Shown: piece after piece, positions 21,327 through 32,003 of the stretch | Layout: the number at the start of each line of letters is the position of its first letter | Numbering within the stretch: the stretch's first letter is position 1 | Source of the DNA: Breznakia sp. | Lineage (GTDB): Bacteria > Bacillota_I > Bacilli_A > Erysipelotrichales > Erysipelotrichaceae | NCBI GenBank assembly: GCA_047973225.1 | Contig: JBKEBQ010000023.1 | Coordinates: forward strand, 1-64,000 | Length of the DNA: 64,000 nt | Direction of reading: 5' to 3' | The notes under the pieces: generated by a model | Seen by the model: the letters and a program-made list of their open reading frames with translations, nothing else | Told to the model about the DNA's origin: nothing | Databases searched by the model: none | Position numbers and translations under genes: made by a program

Positions 21327-22190
21327 TTATACACTCGCATTCCATGCGCCATACTTATTTAAAATCCATCCATATTCACCATTCGTTATCAAAGAATGAC
21401 AATATTCACACTCCCCTGCAGAAGTAAGTGCATTCGGCGCACCACAGTTTGGACAATTGCTCACTTGCACCGTTTCCGCAACGTTACTCAAAACACCTTT
21501 TTTGCGAATGAATTCCAAACGATATGATCGCTCTTGTAGGATGGTTTCACTACCATCAATAAGCTTCCCGTTCTCATCCGCTTTTGTATAGTCAATAAGC
21601 GCTGCCTGTAATCTTACAACAAGTACTTCATAATTGTCATCTCTTGTATAAGCTGCGAACTCTACCTTACGAACATCTTGACGTTCCATATAATTTGTCC
21701 AGCCCTTATCAATAAATTCTTGTATTTGACGATTGTGCATATTGAATAGGGCATCACTTTCCATAACTCGAATATTTTTCCATTGTTTCGCTTCCCAAGC
21801 ATCTTGTAATGTCAGATAAACTTCACCAACATATGCTTTAAACTTTGCCGCTGAAAAGTTAGGATCATGCACTTGAATATCACTTACTACTTTTTCTTCA
21901 TCCAAGAAAGAAGTATTAAATCGTGACTGTGTTTGTTTCTCAGCGTTTACTTTTGTTGAGCGGCGATAAGCACTATAAACAAAAAAAGCAATCATTAGAA
22001 AAAACAAAAGTGGAGAATCACCAAAAAAGAAAAAACTTCCAAATCCACTACCGAAGCCGCCACTGCTAAAACCACCTGAACTACCGCCAAAGCCGCCAGA
22101 GTTACCGACTTCCGCAGATAAAGGTTGCATAAAAATTAGAATATTTACGATAAAAAGAAAACTTATTATGCATATTTTTTTCTTATTCAT
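21327..22190 (-). CDS. Membrane protein with signal/TM, Gly-rich segment (GGFGGSSGGFSSGGFGSGFG), cytoplasmic NTF2/Tim44-like-looking domain and C-terminal zinc ribbon (YdjH/YdjG-like partner)
   Basis: 287 aa. Hydrophobic N-terminus, a G-rich tract, a second TM, and NCPNCG…CEYCHS at the C-terminus. It is co-directional with the SPFH gene and 25 nt upstream of it. Confidence 0.4.
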   Translation of the reverse strand: MNKKKICIISFLFIVNILIFMQPLSAEVGNSGGFGGSSGGFSSGGFGSGFGSFFFFGDSPLLFFLMIAFFVYSAYRRSTKVNAEKQTQSRFNTSFLDEEKVVSDIQVHDPNFSAAKFKAYVGEVYLTLQDAWEAKQWKNIRVMESDALFNMHNRQIQEFIDKGWTNYMERQDVRKVEFAAYTRDDNYEVLVVRLQAALIDYTKADENGKLIDGSETILQERSYRLEFIRKKGVLSNVAETVQVSNCPNCGAPNALTSAGECEYCHSLITNGEYGWILNKYGAWNASV

Positions 22191-22492
22191 TCATTTACCC
22201 CCATGGCATTTATTATAGCATTTTTAAAAGCGAGTTGTTGATAAACAACATTATTTGTTAAAAAAATTCTATTTAAAATCGCAAATTATGCTTCTCTTAT
22301 AGTCCCTTTTAAGTAATACTACATTTATTTAGAAGTACTAAAAGTCTCACTGAAGCTTTTTTGACTACATAAAACAAAACCTTATGCGAAAATCAATTAG
22401 TATTCACAAATGTTTAAAGATTTAAATTCACAAATTGAAGTTATCATGTATGATAGAGAAGAAATGCAACTATAAGAAAAGGGAGATAGTAT

Positions 22493-22867
22493 ATGAATTT
22501 TATATGCGAGATATTGGTGAACCTTATTTCAGCGGCGCTTTTAACTTTAATCATGCTACTATTTTTGTGGAAATTCATAAACAAAGACCTAAAAGAAAAT
22601 GATAAAATGACATTAAATCCATTTGTTTTTTTTAATTTCTTCATGAAAAAATTGGCAAAAGATAAACTTGAAATACCCGAAATACAGGAAGCTGATATAA
22701 AGACAATAAAGACTAAAACTACAACACAAAATGAAAAAGACACGTTGCAAGCCATCGACTCTAGAAATATAGATGAAAAATATATATATTACAGAAGTAG
22801 TAAAAATTATGGTCAAGATTCTACTTATTCGTACGTACTTGGTTCGGTATCAACCACATGCGTTTGA
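22493..22867 (+). CDS. Hypothetical small membrane protein
   Basis: 124 aa with an N-terminal TM helix. Good SD (AAGGGAGAT) 8 nt upstream. No recognisable domain. Confidence 0.3.
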   Translation: MNFICEILVNLISAALLTLIMLLFLWKFINKDLKENDKMTLNPFVFFNFFMKKLAKDKLEIPEIQEADIKTIKTKTTTQNEKDTLQAIDSRNIDEKYIYYRSSKNYGQDSTYSYVLGSVSTTCV

Positions 22868-23139
22868 AATCCCAAAAACACAAAATTGATGGATACAATG
22901 GAGAATATGCATATATCTGTTTTAATATAAAAGGTATAGAAAAGTTATATTTTGAATCGGAAACATTTATAAACTTAATTTTCGATACCCTTCTTGAAAC
23001 AGAACGAAAGAAATATGAAAAAAGATTGTCTTTTGATGTTTACTTAATGAAAAACTTAAATGATGGTTGTTGGTATATTACAAGACTTGGAACACAATTA
23101 AAAAGTAATTCTATAAAAGTTATCCCTACCACAAAATAA
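22858..23139 (+). CDS. Hypothetical protein
   Basis: 93 aa, overlapping the preceding ORF by 10 nt (possible two-gene operon). No recognisable domain. Confidence 0.25.
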   Translation: MRLKSQKHKIDGYNGEYAYICFNIKGIEKLYFESETFINLIFDTLLETERKKYEKRLSFDVYLMKNLNDGCWYITRLGTQLKSNSIKVIPTTK

Positions 23140-23391
23140 AAGCGACCAAAACTAAGCCTCATCACTTTCCATTTAAAGATTCACAAAGGATACCCTTGTA
23201 AGAGAAGATTTCATCAGAAATACGTCTTTTTCATTTACACAAAGTGAACACTATATTTATAATTGTTTCACAAATTCCCTATTATCTAGTGTACGTTTTA
23301 AGCCATACACCCTAATTATATACGCAAAACATAATCTTTTTTTACCACAATATCGTATCACCATTCTCTACTACTCCTTTATTTTTACTAT

Positions 23392-23420
23392 AAAAAAACA
23401 CCTTCCCAGGTGGTTTTTTT
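23392..23420. terminator. Bidirectional rho-independent terminator
   Basis: AAAAAAACACCT-tccc-AGGTGGTTTTTTT hairpin between the small-ORF pair and the LCP gene. Confidence 0.55.
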
Positions 23421-23488
23421 ATTTACTTTAGGCTGATACTTTTTCTTTTTTTTACAATCTTATCAAACATACAATATCGCGCAAACGA

Positions 23489-24325
23489 TCATTTTCTAAG
23501 CTCATTTTGCATTTGTGTAAGCCACTCATCATCAAGAAAGAAATACGATATATATTGATTATATATTGGCGAATAGACTGTGTCCGAATAGCCTTGTGCA
23601 ACATCTTGCGTCAATGAAAATCCATTGTACAATAAATCGCTATATTTTATAAATTCTTGAAATTCTAGATTCGTATTACTGATCTTTTGAAATTTTCGAT
23701 AAAAGCGATAAACTGTAACCGGATTACTTTTTTTTACTTTTGTAATCATTGCTTTTACGACCTCTTGTTGGCGAGTCACTCGATAAAGGTCATTGTCACT
23801 TTTTCTGTGTCTTGCATACGCAAGTGCTTGTTCCCCATTCATCGCTACTTCTACATCTTCTTCAAAACAAAAAGCGTTAGCAATATCTTTTTCATTCATT
23901 TCGCAAAAAGATGAGCTTGGTGTAAGCATAATACCATCAATCGTATCAATTAGCTTGATCATTTTTAAAAAATCCACTTCTACATAATACGTGAATTTTT
24001 GATCAAACAAAGTGTTTAACGTAGTGAGTAGCCCATCCAAGCCACCAAAAGCATAAGCATGATTTATTTTATCTTCATAATCCACTTTGGGAATGTAGAC
24101 ATAAGCATCTCTTGGAATCGAAACAAGCTTTGCTTGTTCATGCTGCGCATCAATATGCGCAAGCATAATCGTATCGCTACGTGCTCCCTCAACCCCTTCT
24201 CGAGTATCAATACCTACTATTACGATGTTGATATTTCCTGTACTTTTAGCCATCACAAAACTGCATCCGCCAATAATAATCATCAATAGAACAAAACGAA
24301 ACAACCATTTGCACAGCCGTTTCAT
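23489..24325 (-). CDS. LytR-CpsA-Psr (LCP) family cell-wall polymer transferase
   Basis: N-terminal TM followed by an LCP catalytic domain (IVIVGIDTREG…RSDTIMLAHID…SIPRD). Confidence 0.75.
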   Translation of the reverse strand: MKRLCKWLFRFVLLMIIIGGCSFVMAKSTGNINIVIVGIDTREGVEGARSDTIMLAHIDAQHEQAKLVSIPRDAYVYIPKVDYEDKINHAYAFGGLDGLLTTLNTLFDQKFTYYVEVDFLKMIKLIDTIDGIMLTPSSSFCEMNEKDIANAFCFEEDVEVAMNGEQALAYARHRKSDNDLYRVTRQQEVVKAMITKVKKSNPVTVYRFYRKFQKISNTNLEFQEFIKYSDLLYNGFSLTQDVAQGYSDTVYSPIYNQYISYFFLDDEWLTQMQNELRK

Positions 24326-24328
24326 CTT

Positions 24329-24634
24329 TTATAATCCTTGTTTGATAAAATCCATAATTTGTGGTTTGGCTTGATACCCCATTGTCGTAGCAATTGCTTT
24401 TCCATCTTTAAAAAGAATCATGGTCGGAATACTTTGCACTCCAAAACTTCCAGCAATTTCACCATCTGCATCAACATTTAATTTCACAATTTCAACATCA
24501 TCACATTCTTTATCAATTTCTTCTAAAATTGGTGCCATCATTTTGCATGGTCCACACCAATCTGCATAAAAATCAACCAACACCAAACCTGTTTTTGTTA
24601 TTTCTTTAAATTCATTTCCATTAATAAGTCTCAT
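24329..24634 (-). CDS. trxA: Thioredoxin
   Basis: 101 aa with the WCGPCK active site. Confidence 0.85.
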   Translation of the reverse strand: MRLINGNEFKEITKTGLVLVDFYADWCGPCKMMAPILEEIDKECDDVEIVKLNVDADGEIAGSFGVQSIPTMILFKDGKAIATTMGYQAKPQIMDFIKQGL

Positions 24635-25461
24635 CTTTTTTCCTCCTGTTTAATTTTATCTAAAAATTTAATAATTCCATTTTCTTCATTTGTTTCACAA
24701 ACATATTGGCATGATGCTTTCACACTGTCCAGTGCATTGCCCATCGCCACACCATACCCTGCAACCGCAAGCATTGATAGATCATTTTCACCATCGCCAA
24801 AGGCTACACAGGTAGTTGGAGTTTTTTTTGTTTTATCAAGTAGCCATTGCAGTGCTTTTCCTTTGCTTGTTGCTTTTGCACAAAACTCTAACCATGTAGG
24901 AATCGCTCTTCCATACCAATAGCTTCGTTCTTCCTCATCCAATACACGCATAATTTTTGTAATTGTATTTGCATCACTAGAAATACATAGTTTATTGATT
25001 GGCTCATCGATTTCGCACAGATCATTGATTTTATAAAACTGCCGATTGCGCAAACTTTCCATATTTTTATTATTCTCTAAAAACCTAGAAATATCACCTC
25101 CACTAGGATCATAACAATACACTTTATAAGTTCCCATAATCACAATTTCTTCATGAAAAGATTTTAAGTATGCAATGATTTCCAAAGCCTGTGCCATATC
25201 CATTCGCTTCTCATACAAACACGTATGACCCTTCATTTCATAAACGCCACATCCATTTGCCTCAATAATATACCCGTTATACTTATCCATTTGTAGAATA
25301 TTTGCATATTCTATCATCCGCGCATACGTTCTTCCACTTGCCAAAATAAGTTGTCCACCTTGTTTTTGAAATGCAAGCAAATATTGCTTTGTTTGATCGC
25401 TAATTTCTTTTACGTTATTTAATAGTGTTCCATCCATATCTAAGCATATTGTTTCAACCAT
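24631..25461 (-). CDS. Cof-type HAD-IIB phosphatase
   Basis: DMDGTLL motif I … GDGENDLSML motif IV, with a cap domain between them. Confidence 0.8.
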   Translation of the reverse strand: MVETICLDMDGTLLNNVKEISDQTKQYLLAFQKQGGQLILASGRTYARMIEYANILQMDKYNGYIIEANGCGVYEMKGHTCLYEKRMDMAQALEIIAYLKSFHEEIVIMGTYKVYCYDPSGGDISRFLENNKNMESLRNRQFYKINDLCEIDEPINKLCISSDANTITKIMRVLDEEERSYWYGRAIPTWLEFCAKATSKGKALQWLLDKTKKTPTTCVAFGDGENDLSMLAVAGYGVAMGNALDSVKASCQYVCETNEENGIIKFLDKIKQEEKR

Positions 25462-25584
25462 ACTGCACCACCCTTATATCAGATTATAACATTATTCACC
25501 CATCAGTTCCATCCTTTTGTCTTGCAAACCTTCAATAAAACAATAAAAAAAGCTAGCATAATTTCTAGCTCTTTTTATTGTTTT

Positions 25585-26307
25585 CTATTTACTTAGTTTC
25601 GCCGCTGCTGCTTCATCAACCACAACAACTACATCTGGATGATTTTGTAGAATCGATGCTGGCATCGATTCCTCAATTGTCCCCTCAACCATTGCTTTGA
25701 CTGCATCTGCTTTGTTTTCACCACTAGCAATCAAAACAATCTTTTTCGCTTTCATAATCGTCGCAATTCCCATTGTAATGGCTTCTTTTGGAACTTGTGT
25801 CATATCGCCATCAAAAAAGCGGGCATTGGCATCTCTTGTTTCTTGGGTTAGTGTAACAATATGCGTTTCTTTCGCAAATGGCGTTCCTGGTTCATTAAAT
25901 CCAATATGCCCATTACCACCTATTCCCAATACTTGAATATCAATTTGATAGTCACTCATTGCTTTTTCATACGCTATACAGTCTTCCTCACTATTACCGT
26001 AAGGCAAATGAATATTTTCAGCTTTCACATCAATACCATTAAACAGATTTTCATGCATAAATGTCCAGTACGATTCTGAATGACTCTGCGCAAGCCCCAC
26101 ATATTCATCTAAATTAAAAGTAACAACATCTTTATAAGATATATCGTTTGCCTTATATCCTGCAATCATATTTTTATACAATCCAATCGGACTAGATCCT
26201 GTTGCAAACCCCAGTACCGCATTTGGCTTTTTTACCACAACTTCTTTTACCACTTCATATGCTTTTTCACTCGCTTCTTCATAACTTTTACATACAATCA
26301 CATTCAT
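25585..26307 (-). CDS. nagB: Glucosamine-6-phosphate deaminase
   Basis: 240 aa, with …LGIGGNGHIGFNEPG… and the typical NagB N-terminus. Confidence 0.9.
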   Translation of the reverse strand: MNVIVCKSYEEASEKAYEVVKEVVVKKPNAVLGFATGSSPIGLYKNMIAGYKANDISYKDVVTFNLDEYVGLAQSHSESYWTFMHENLFNGIDVKAENIHLPYGNSEEDCIAYEKAMSDYQIDIQVLGIGGNGHIGFNEPGTPFAKETHIVTLTQETRDANARFFDGDMTQVPKEAITMGIATIMKAKKIVLIASGENKADAVKAMVEGTIEESMPASILQNHPDVVVVVDEAAAAKLSK

Positions 26308-26365
26308 AATATGCCTCCTATTTATAACGTATTCATTCTATTATACAAAAACTAAAAAAACAACC

Positions 26366-27205
26366 TTAATCCTTCTTTATATGATCATAAGTATCTAAAA
26401 AAGAAACTTCTTCTTCATCATTATAATACCGCAATACTTTATCTGTATTAACATTGCTCATACTTTTAAAAATATTACGCTTCAAAAAGGGATTCATTTC
26501 GCTATATTTTTGTATCCATTGTTTGACCTCTTTTCGCTTACTATTTTGTTCTTTTCTGTCTAATTCCAAATTACTGGTAAATTTACATGCACATAATAAG
26601 AAGTCCAAATGTAAATGTTCTTGCCAACGAATAATATCTTTTTCCTGAATCAAATAAAAAGGCCGAATGAGTTGCATACCTATAAAGTTTTTTGCATACA
26701 GTTTGGGCATCATCGTACGAATTTCACCAGCATAAAAAAGGTTCATTACATTGGTTTCTATAACATCATCAAAATGATGTCCTAAAGCTATTTTATTACA
26801 CCCTAGCGTTTGCGCAAAATGATACAAATATCCACGCCGCATCCGTGCGCATACATAGCATGGATTTTTTTCTAGATTTACTACCGAATCAAAAATATCA
26901 GAATTGAAAATATGAATTGGAATATCCAAATATTTTGCATTATGGATAATCTTTTGACGGTTTTTTTTGCTGTAACCTGGATCCATAACCACATAACTTA
27001 CAAGAAAATCAATTTTGCTAAACCGTTGCAACAATTGAAAACATTTTGCCAATAACATACTATCTTTACCACCCGATATACATACTGCAATGTGGTCATG
27101 CTCTTGCAGTAAATCATATGTCGTAATAGCCTTCATAAATTTTGACCATATATCTTTACGATATGTTTTTAAAATTGTATTATTAATTTCTTTCGCTGTT
27201 TTCAT
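26366..27205 (-). CDS. ttcA: PP-loop ATPase, TtcA-like tRNA 2-thiocytidine synthetase family
   Basis: SGGKDS PP-loop plus CxxC motifs (CYVCARMRRG, CACKF). Confidence 0.65.
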   Translation of the reverse strand: MKTAKEINNTILKTYRKDIWSKFMKAITTYDLLQEHDHIAVCISGGKDSMLLAKCFQLLQRFSKIDFLVSYVVMDPGYSKKNRQKIIHNAKYLDIPIHIFNSDIFDSVVNLEKNPCYVCARMRRGYLYHFAQTLGCNKIALGHHFDDVIETNVMNLFYAGEIRTMMPKLYAKNFIGMQLIRPFYLIQEKDIIRWQEHLHLDFLLCACKFTSNLELDRKEQNSKRKEVKQWIQKYSEMNPFLKRNIFKSMSNVNTDKVLRYYNDEEEVSFLDTYDHIKKD

Positions 27206-27617
27206 TTATCCATCTCCATGCATATACGAATTGTCATCTGCCTTTTGACTATATTATACATTTTCTTTTAGAATGCCGCCATATTAACAACCATATCCGT
27301 CATTGAAATTTACTTGTTTTTCACTTCCTATCACTAACGTTTTGCGAGCAACTCCTTACTTATCTACCTTATTTTCTCACTTTTTATACAACTTGAGCAA
27401 TGTTTATTATTTTATCGTATCTGTCAAATTTTGTATATTAAACTTTTAAAAGCAGTCCCATTCTTGAATTATAAGCTGGAAATAAAATTACAGAAAACTG
27501 AGTTTTATAAAAATAATTTTACACATAATATTTGCAAACTGCACCTACTATAAAAAAAGCAGATGGCACGTGGAACTTTGTGCTCTGCTTTTATCTTAGT
27601 TGCTATTGCAGTTTACT

Positions 27618-29342
27618 TTATTTGTTTTTATTAGTGGATACACTAGTTCTACGTACATATACCCCTAGCGCTACTGCACTTAACATCATCAAAACAAAAT
27701 ACATTGAAGTTAAATCTGTTACACCTGTTTTTGGTACATCAATAGAAGCTAACGGTGGCTCAGGATCAATTGATGGTAATCCATCCTCATAAACACTCAC
27801 TGAAACCGTTATACTTGGATTGTATGTAAACGTTATATTATATGCTCCTACTTCTGCTACATACGCAGAGCTATCAACATCAATAACTGGATCTTCTATC
27901 CAATTTTTAAGCGTTATATCAAAAACTTTTACCGCTGCTAATTCCTTCATTTTCTCGGATGTCATGTTCGCTTGTGATAATGGAACAGCAAAGTCATTTG
28001 CGCTAATAATGTAATCAGCACCTACGACATAATTTCCATCGTTAATTAATAATACTTGTGTAGCTGAAGCTTCAGCTCCATCACTATCTTTTACACTATA
28101 TTGAATCGTATAAATTCCCGGTTTTATATGATCCACCTTGTTATAGGTAACATCTTTAAAGCTTAACGCTTCCTCTGCATCACTTACGCTAACACCAGTG
28201 CTGTAATCAAAATTAGCAGCTTCAGCTAATGTTAACTCTGTGAAAGCTGGAACATGCAATGTTGGTGGCGTATTAGGAGATGGATCCTCTATAACCTTAA
28301 TTACTCGTTGTTTACTATTCGTATTACCATAACTATCCGTAATTGAATACACTATCGTGTATTCACCTATAACATTCACATCATAAGTTCCTTCAACTTG
28401 GATGGCAAGCGGGCCATCTTCACTGTCCCAAACACTAATGCCTTCAAGTATACCACCATCTAGTACACCGAGTTCGTCTCCTACTATAACAGTTGTTTCA
28501 GATGGGAAGTCTAAAAAGAGTGGAGGCGTATTAACGCTACTAAAACCGACAGCATAATAGGAATCAAAAAGATCATTTTCTGATTCATCTACTCCATTAG
28601 GAAGGGCTTCTATAACATACCAACCAGTAGCTTTAAGATATTTACTAGGAATCGTAGCATCGCCATTTTGCGATATTATTATTTCACTTGTAATATCGGT
28701 TTCACTCCCATCAGGATATGTCAAAACAAACCTAAATCCATTTTCAATTGTCCATAAATGCGATTGTGCAAGTACCGGAAAAGCTGTTGCTATTGTTTGC
28801 GTCCCTAATTTAGGATAAACATCTGGCAAGTCGTTTCTTGTAGCACCTTGATTGGTAAAATTAAATTCTGTTAAATTTCCTCTTATGGCATCATACACAC
28901 TTTTCGGGAAACTTGTAAATCCACAATAAGATAAGTCTAAAGCAGTTAGTTTCGTTAAATTTTTCATTTCTTCTGGAATTGCTCCACCTAGTTCTCTATT
29001 AGAACCTAAATTTAACTCTTCTAAATTTGTTAATACTCCAATCCCAGAAATATCTTTAATATTTTTTTGATAAGCGTTTAATGTTTTTACTTTATCGATC
29101 ATATCTTGTGTGATCACGGTGTCTGTTGATACTCTCATCCTATCAGCAACAACTTTTGCTAATGCTGCATCAGGAAATGTATCTACAATGCTAGATCCCA
29201 CTCCAATTGCTTTTATTTCTTTTTGTACAGTTTCTTCCTGTTTTAGTGATCCTTTTTCCGCAAAAACATTCCATGCTGTATTCGAAAAAAACAGTATAAA
29301 ACCTAAAGATACTATTAAAAATCTTTTATATATTTTTCTCAT
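27618..29342 (-). CDS. Cell-surface leucine-rich-repeat / Ig-like (DUF5011-type) protein with VPKTG sortase signal (internalin-like)
   Basis: Signal peptide, LRRs (NLEELNLGSN…LTKLTALDLSYCGF), Ig-like repeats, then a C-terminal VPKTG, a hydrophobic stretch and RRTSV… tail. Confidence 0.6.
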   Translation of the reverse strand: MRKIYKRFLIVSLGFILFFSNTAWNVFAEKGSLKQEETVQKEIKAIGVGSSIVDTFPDAALAKVVADRMRVSTDTVITQDMIDKVKTLNAYQKNIKDISGIGVLTNLEELNLGSNRELGGAIPEEMKNLTKLTALDLSYCGFTSFPKSVYDAIRGNLTEFNFTNQGATRNDLPDVYPKLGTQTIATAFPVLAQSHLWTIENGFRFVLTYPDGSETDITSEIIISQNGDATIPSKYLKATGWYVIEALPNGVDESENDLFDSYYAVGFSSVNTPPLFLDFPSETTVIVGDELGVLDGGILEGISVWDSEDGPLAIQVEGTYDVNVIGEYTIVYSITDSYGNTNSKQRVIKVIEDPSPNTPPTLHVPAFTELTLAEAANFDYSTGVSVSDAEEALSFKDVTYNKVDHIKPGIYTIQYSVKDSDGAEASATQVLLINDGNYVVGADYIISANDFAVPLSQANMTSEKMKELAAVKVFDITLKNWIEDPVIDVDSSAYVAEVGAYNITFTYNPSITVSVSVYEDGLPSIDPEPPLASIDVPKTGVTDLTSMYFVLMMLSAVALGVYVRRTSVSTNKNK

Positions 29343-29683
29343 ATGTAACCCTCTTTCATATTTAAATATTTAATTTTCACAGTTCCTTTTTACTCTTTTT
29401 TTATTTTTCTTTGCTTCTCGCCTCCTTTTTTTGTCATAAATTTCATTCATCTATACTGTAGTTATATAATAGATACTTGTCAATAATGATACCATTATAT
29501 TTTTATTATATCAACTCTTTACCTTTTGCATGTGTTAGTATGTGTGCAATATGATAATGTCTTAACATACCTATATTGAAAATATTTCAACGTATTATGA
29601 AATTATCAAAAAAATTTTGATCAAAAACTTTTCGATTAATATCCGTCATATTTACAATGATTTTATATTATAGCTTTACGCTT

Positions 29684-30616
29684 TTAGATGTCTTCGTGAC
29701 TCTGTATAATACGAATTTCACATTCCAATTCATATCCTGTTTTTTCTTTTACGCCTTTTTTAACAATCTCTATCAATTCCAAAAACTCTTCACTCGTTGC
29801 ATTTGCATGATTGATCACAAACCCTGCATGTTTTGCGGACACCATAGCTCGTTTATGCCGAAATCCTTTATATCCTGCCTGTTCAATAAGTGCTGATGCA
29901 TAATTTCCAAGAGGACGTTTAAAGGTACTCCCTGCACTGGGATATTCTAAGGGTTGCTTGCTCTTTCGTAATGCTAATAACTCCTCCATACGCTCTTTAA
30001 TTTTTTTTACATCCCCTTTTACTAAAACAAAACATGCTTCTAGAATAACGACCTTTTTATCACTAAAGAAACTATGACGATACGAAAAATCCATTGCTTC
30101 ATTTTGGATTGTTTGAAGTTTTCCTTCTCCATCCAAATATGTACAAGAGTATAAAACGTCTTTGATTTCACCACCATATGCACCAGCATTCATGAATACT
30201 GCGCCTCCAACCGTTGCCGGAATTCCATACGCAAATTCCAAACCGGTTAAATGATGTTGTAAGGCGAACTCACAAACAGATTTCAAACTTACACCTGCTT
30301 GGGCAATAATACTTGTTTCATCAACTAGAAAAAGCTTAGTTAAACGACTTTTCGTAACGATAATAAGTCCATTAAATCCTTGATCAGAAAACAAAACATT
30401 AGATCCATTACCAATAATAAAATAAGGAATTTCATATCTCTTCGCGTTTTGTATCGTACATGATAGCTCATCTACGCTTTTGGGTTCCACAAACAATCGT
30501 ACATTTCCGCCAATGTGTAAACTCGTATACGCTTTAATCGAGATATTTTCTTTGACTTGGTATTGCGCTTTTTTTTGTGTTTGGATAAATCCATCAACTT
30601 GTTTCTTGCTTAACAT
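29684..30616 (-). CDS. murB: UDP-N-acetylenolpyruvoylglucosamine reductase
   Basis: FAD-binding PCMH domain (GGNVRLFVEP…IGNGSNVLF) plus a MurB C-terminal domain. Confidence 0.85.
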   Translation of the reverse strand: MLSKKQVDGFIQTQKKAQYQVKENISIKAYTSLHIGGNVRLFVEPKSVDELSCTIQNAKRYEIPYFIIGNGSNVLFSDQGFNGLIIVTKSRLTKLFLVDETSIIAQAGVSLKSVCEFALQHHLTGLEFAYGIPATVGGAVFMNAGAYGGEIKDVLYSCTYLDGEGKLQTIQNEAMDFSYRHSFFSDKKVVILEACFVLVKGDVKKIKERMEELLALRKSKQPLEYPSAGSTFKRPLGNYASALIEQAGYKGFRHKRAMVSAKHAGFVINHANATSEEFLELIEIVKKGVKEKTGYELECEIRIIQSHEDI

Positions 30617-30699
30617 ACATCCCCCTTTCTTTTAATAGTATACTGTAACTTCCTTTTTGTACCACTTTTTCGTTATAAAGCATCCCTTATACATATAAT

Positions 30700-31965
30700 C
30701 TAATGATCCTTATCGATATACGTTTCAAAAAGTTTTCGCTCCTCCATCGTTGCATAGAATGCTATATGCACCCCTTCGACTGATGCATTCTCTTCCACTA
30801 CCTCATAGTGTTCATGAATTTGATGCAGTAATTTCTCCTTTGTATACGGAATCATCGCATATAAAATTTCTATCTCACCAAACAATTTTTTCTCCATAAC
30901 TTCCAAAAGCAAAGATATACCTTGCCCTTTTCGCGCTGATAAAAAAACACTATCATTTTTTGTGTATGGATCTACATTACTGATTTTATCAAGCTTATTG
31001 AATACATTAAAAATAGGGAGATGGCTTGCTCCTAAAGCTTGTAATACGCTTTGTGTTGTCCGCATTTGAGCTTCATAAAAAGGATTGCTGTAATCAATAA
31101 CATGAAGCAATATATCCGCTTCTTTTACTTCTTCTAGAGTTGAGCGAAAAGCATTGATAAGTGCATGCGGTAACTTATCCACAAACCCAACTGTATCGGT
31201 TAAAATAATGGTATGTTTATGCGGCAAAACAATCTTGCGCGTTTTCGTTTCGAGTGTCGCAAAAAGCATATCTTTCACATACACTTCCTTTTCATTATGA
31301 CTTTTCTTTAAAAATTGATTCATCAGGGTTGACTTTCCAGCATTCGTATAGCCCACCAAAGCAACGATCTTCTTTCCCCGTTTCTTTCGTTTTTGACGTG
31401 CAACCTGACGATCTTCTACCAATTGTTTGAGAGCTTTTTTTTGCTTCTGGATTTGTGCTTCAATACGCCGTTTATCAAGCTCTAATTTAGTCTCACCAGC
31501 TCCACGATTCTTAAATCCTCCATTACCTCCACCTTGTCTATCCAATTCTTGTGAACCGATCAGTCTTGGTAATAGATATTGTAAACGAGCAAGCTCTATT
31601 TGCAACATCGCTTCTTTCGTTTTGGCGCGTTCTGCAAATATATGCAGGATCAATAATGTGCGATCCAATAGTTCACAATCCAGCACTTCCTCCATTTTAC
31701 GAATTTGAAGGGGGGATAACTCATCATTACAAATCACTACATCAATGTATTGTTCTTTAACATACATACCAATTTCCAGCAACTTTCCGCTACCTACATA
31801 GCTTGCAAAATGAGAATGTTCCACTTTTTGTATAAAACTTTTCTTTACATCATAATTCGCTGCAAATGCCAAGCCCTTTAACTCTTCCATGGAATACACA
31901 ATATGTTCTATTTCTTTAGTATTCACACCTAATAATACCACCGTCTTCTTCGTTTCTTCTTGCAT
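30700..31965 (-). CDS. hflX: GTPase HflX
   Basis: HflX N-domain plus a G-domain (GYTNAGKSTLMN, DTVGF). Confidence 0.85.
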   Translation of the reverse strand: MQEETKKTVVLLGVNTKEIEHIVYSMEELKGLAFAANYDVKKSFIQKVEHSHFASYVGSGKLLEIGMYVKEQYIDVVICNDELSPLQIRKMEEVLDCELLDRTLLILHIFAERAKTKEAMLQIELARLQYLLPRLIGSQELDRQGGGNGGFKNRGAGETKLELDKRRIEAQIQKQKKALKQLVEDRQVARQKRKKRGKKIVALVGYTNAGKSTLMNQFLKKSHNEKEVYVKDMLFATLETKTRKIVLPHKHTIILTDTVGFVDKLPHALINAFRSTLEEVKEADILLHVIDYSNPFYEAQMRTTQSVLQALGASHLPIFNVFNKLDKISNVDPYTKNDSVFLSARKGQGISLLLEVMEKKLFGEIEILYAMIPYTKEKLLHQIHEHYEVVEENASVEGVHIAFYATMEERKLFETYIDKDH

Positions 31966-32003
31966 TCGGTTTCCTCACTATTTTTCATGTTATAAATAAA
32001 ATA

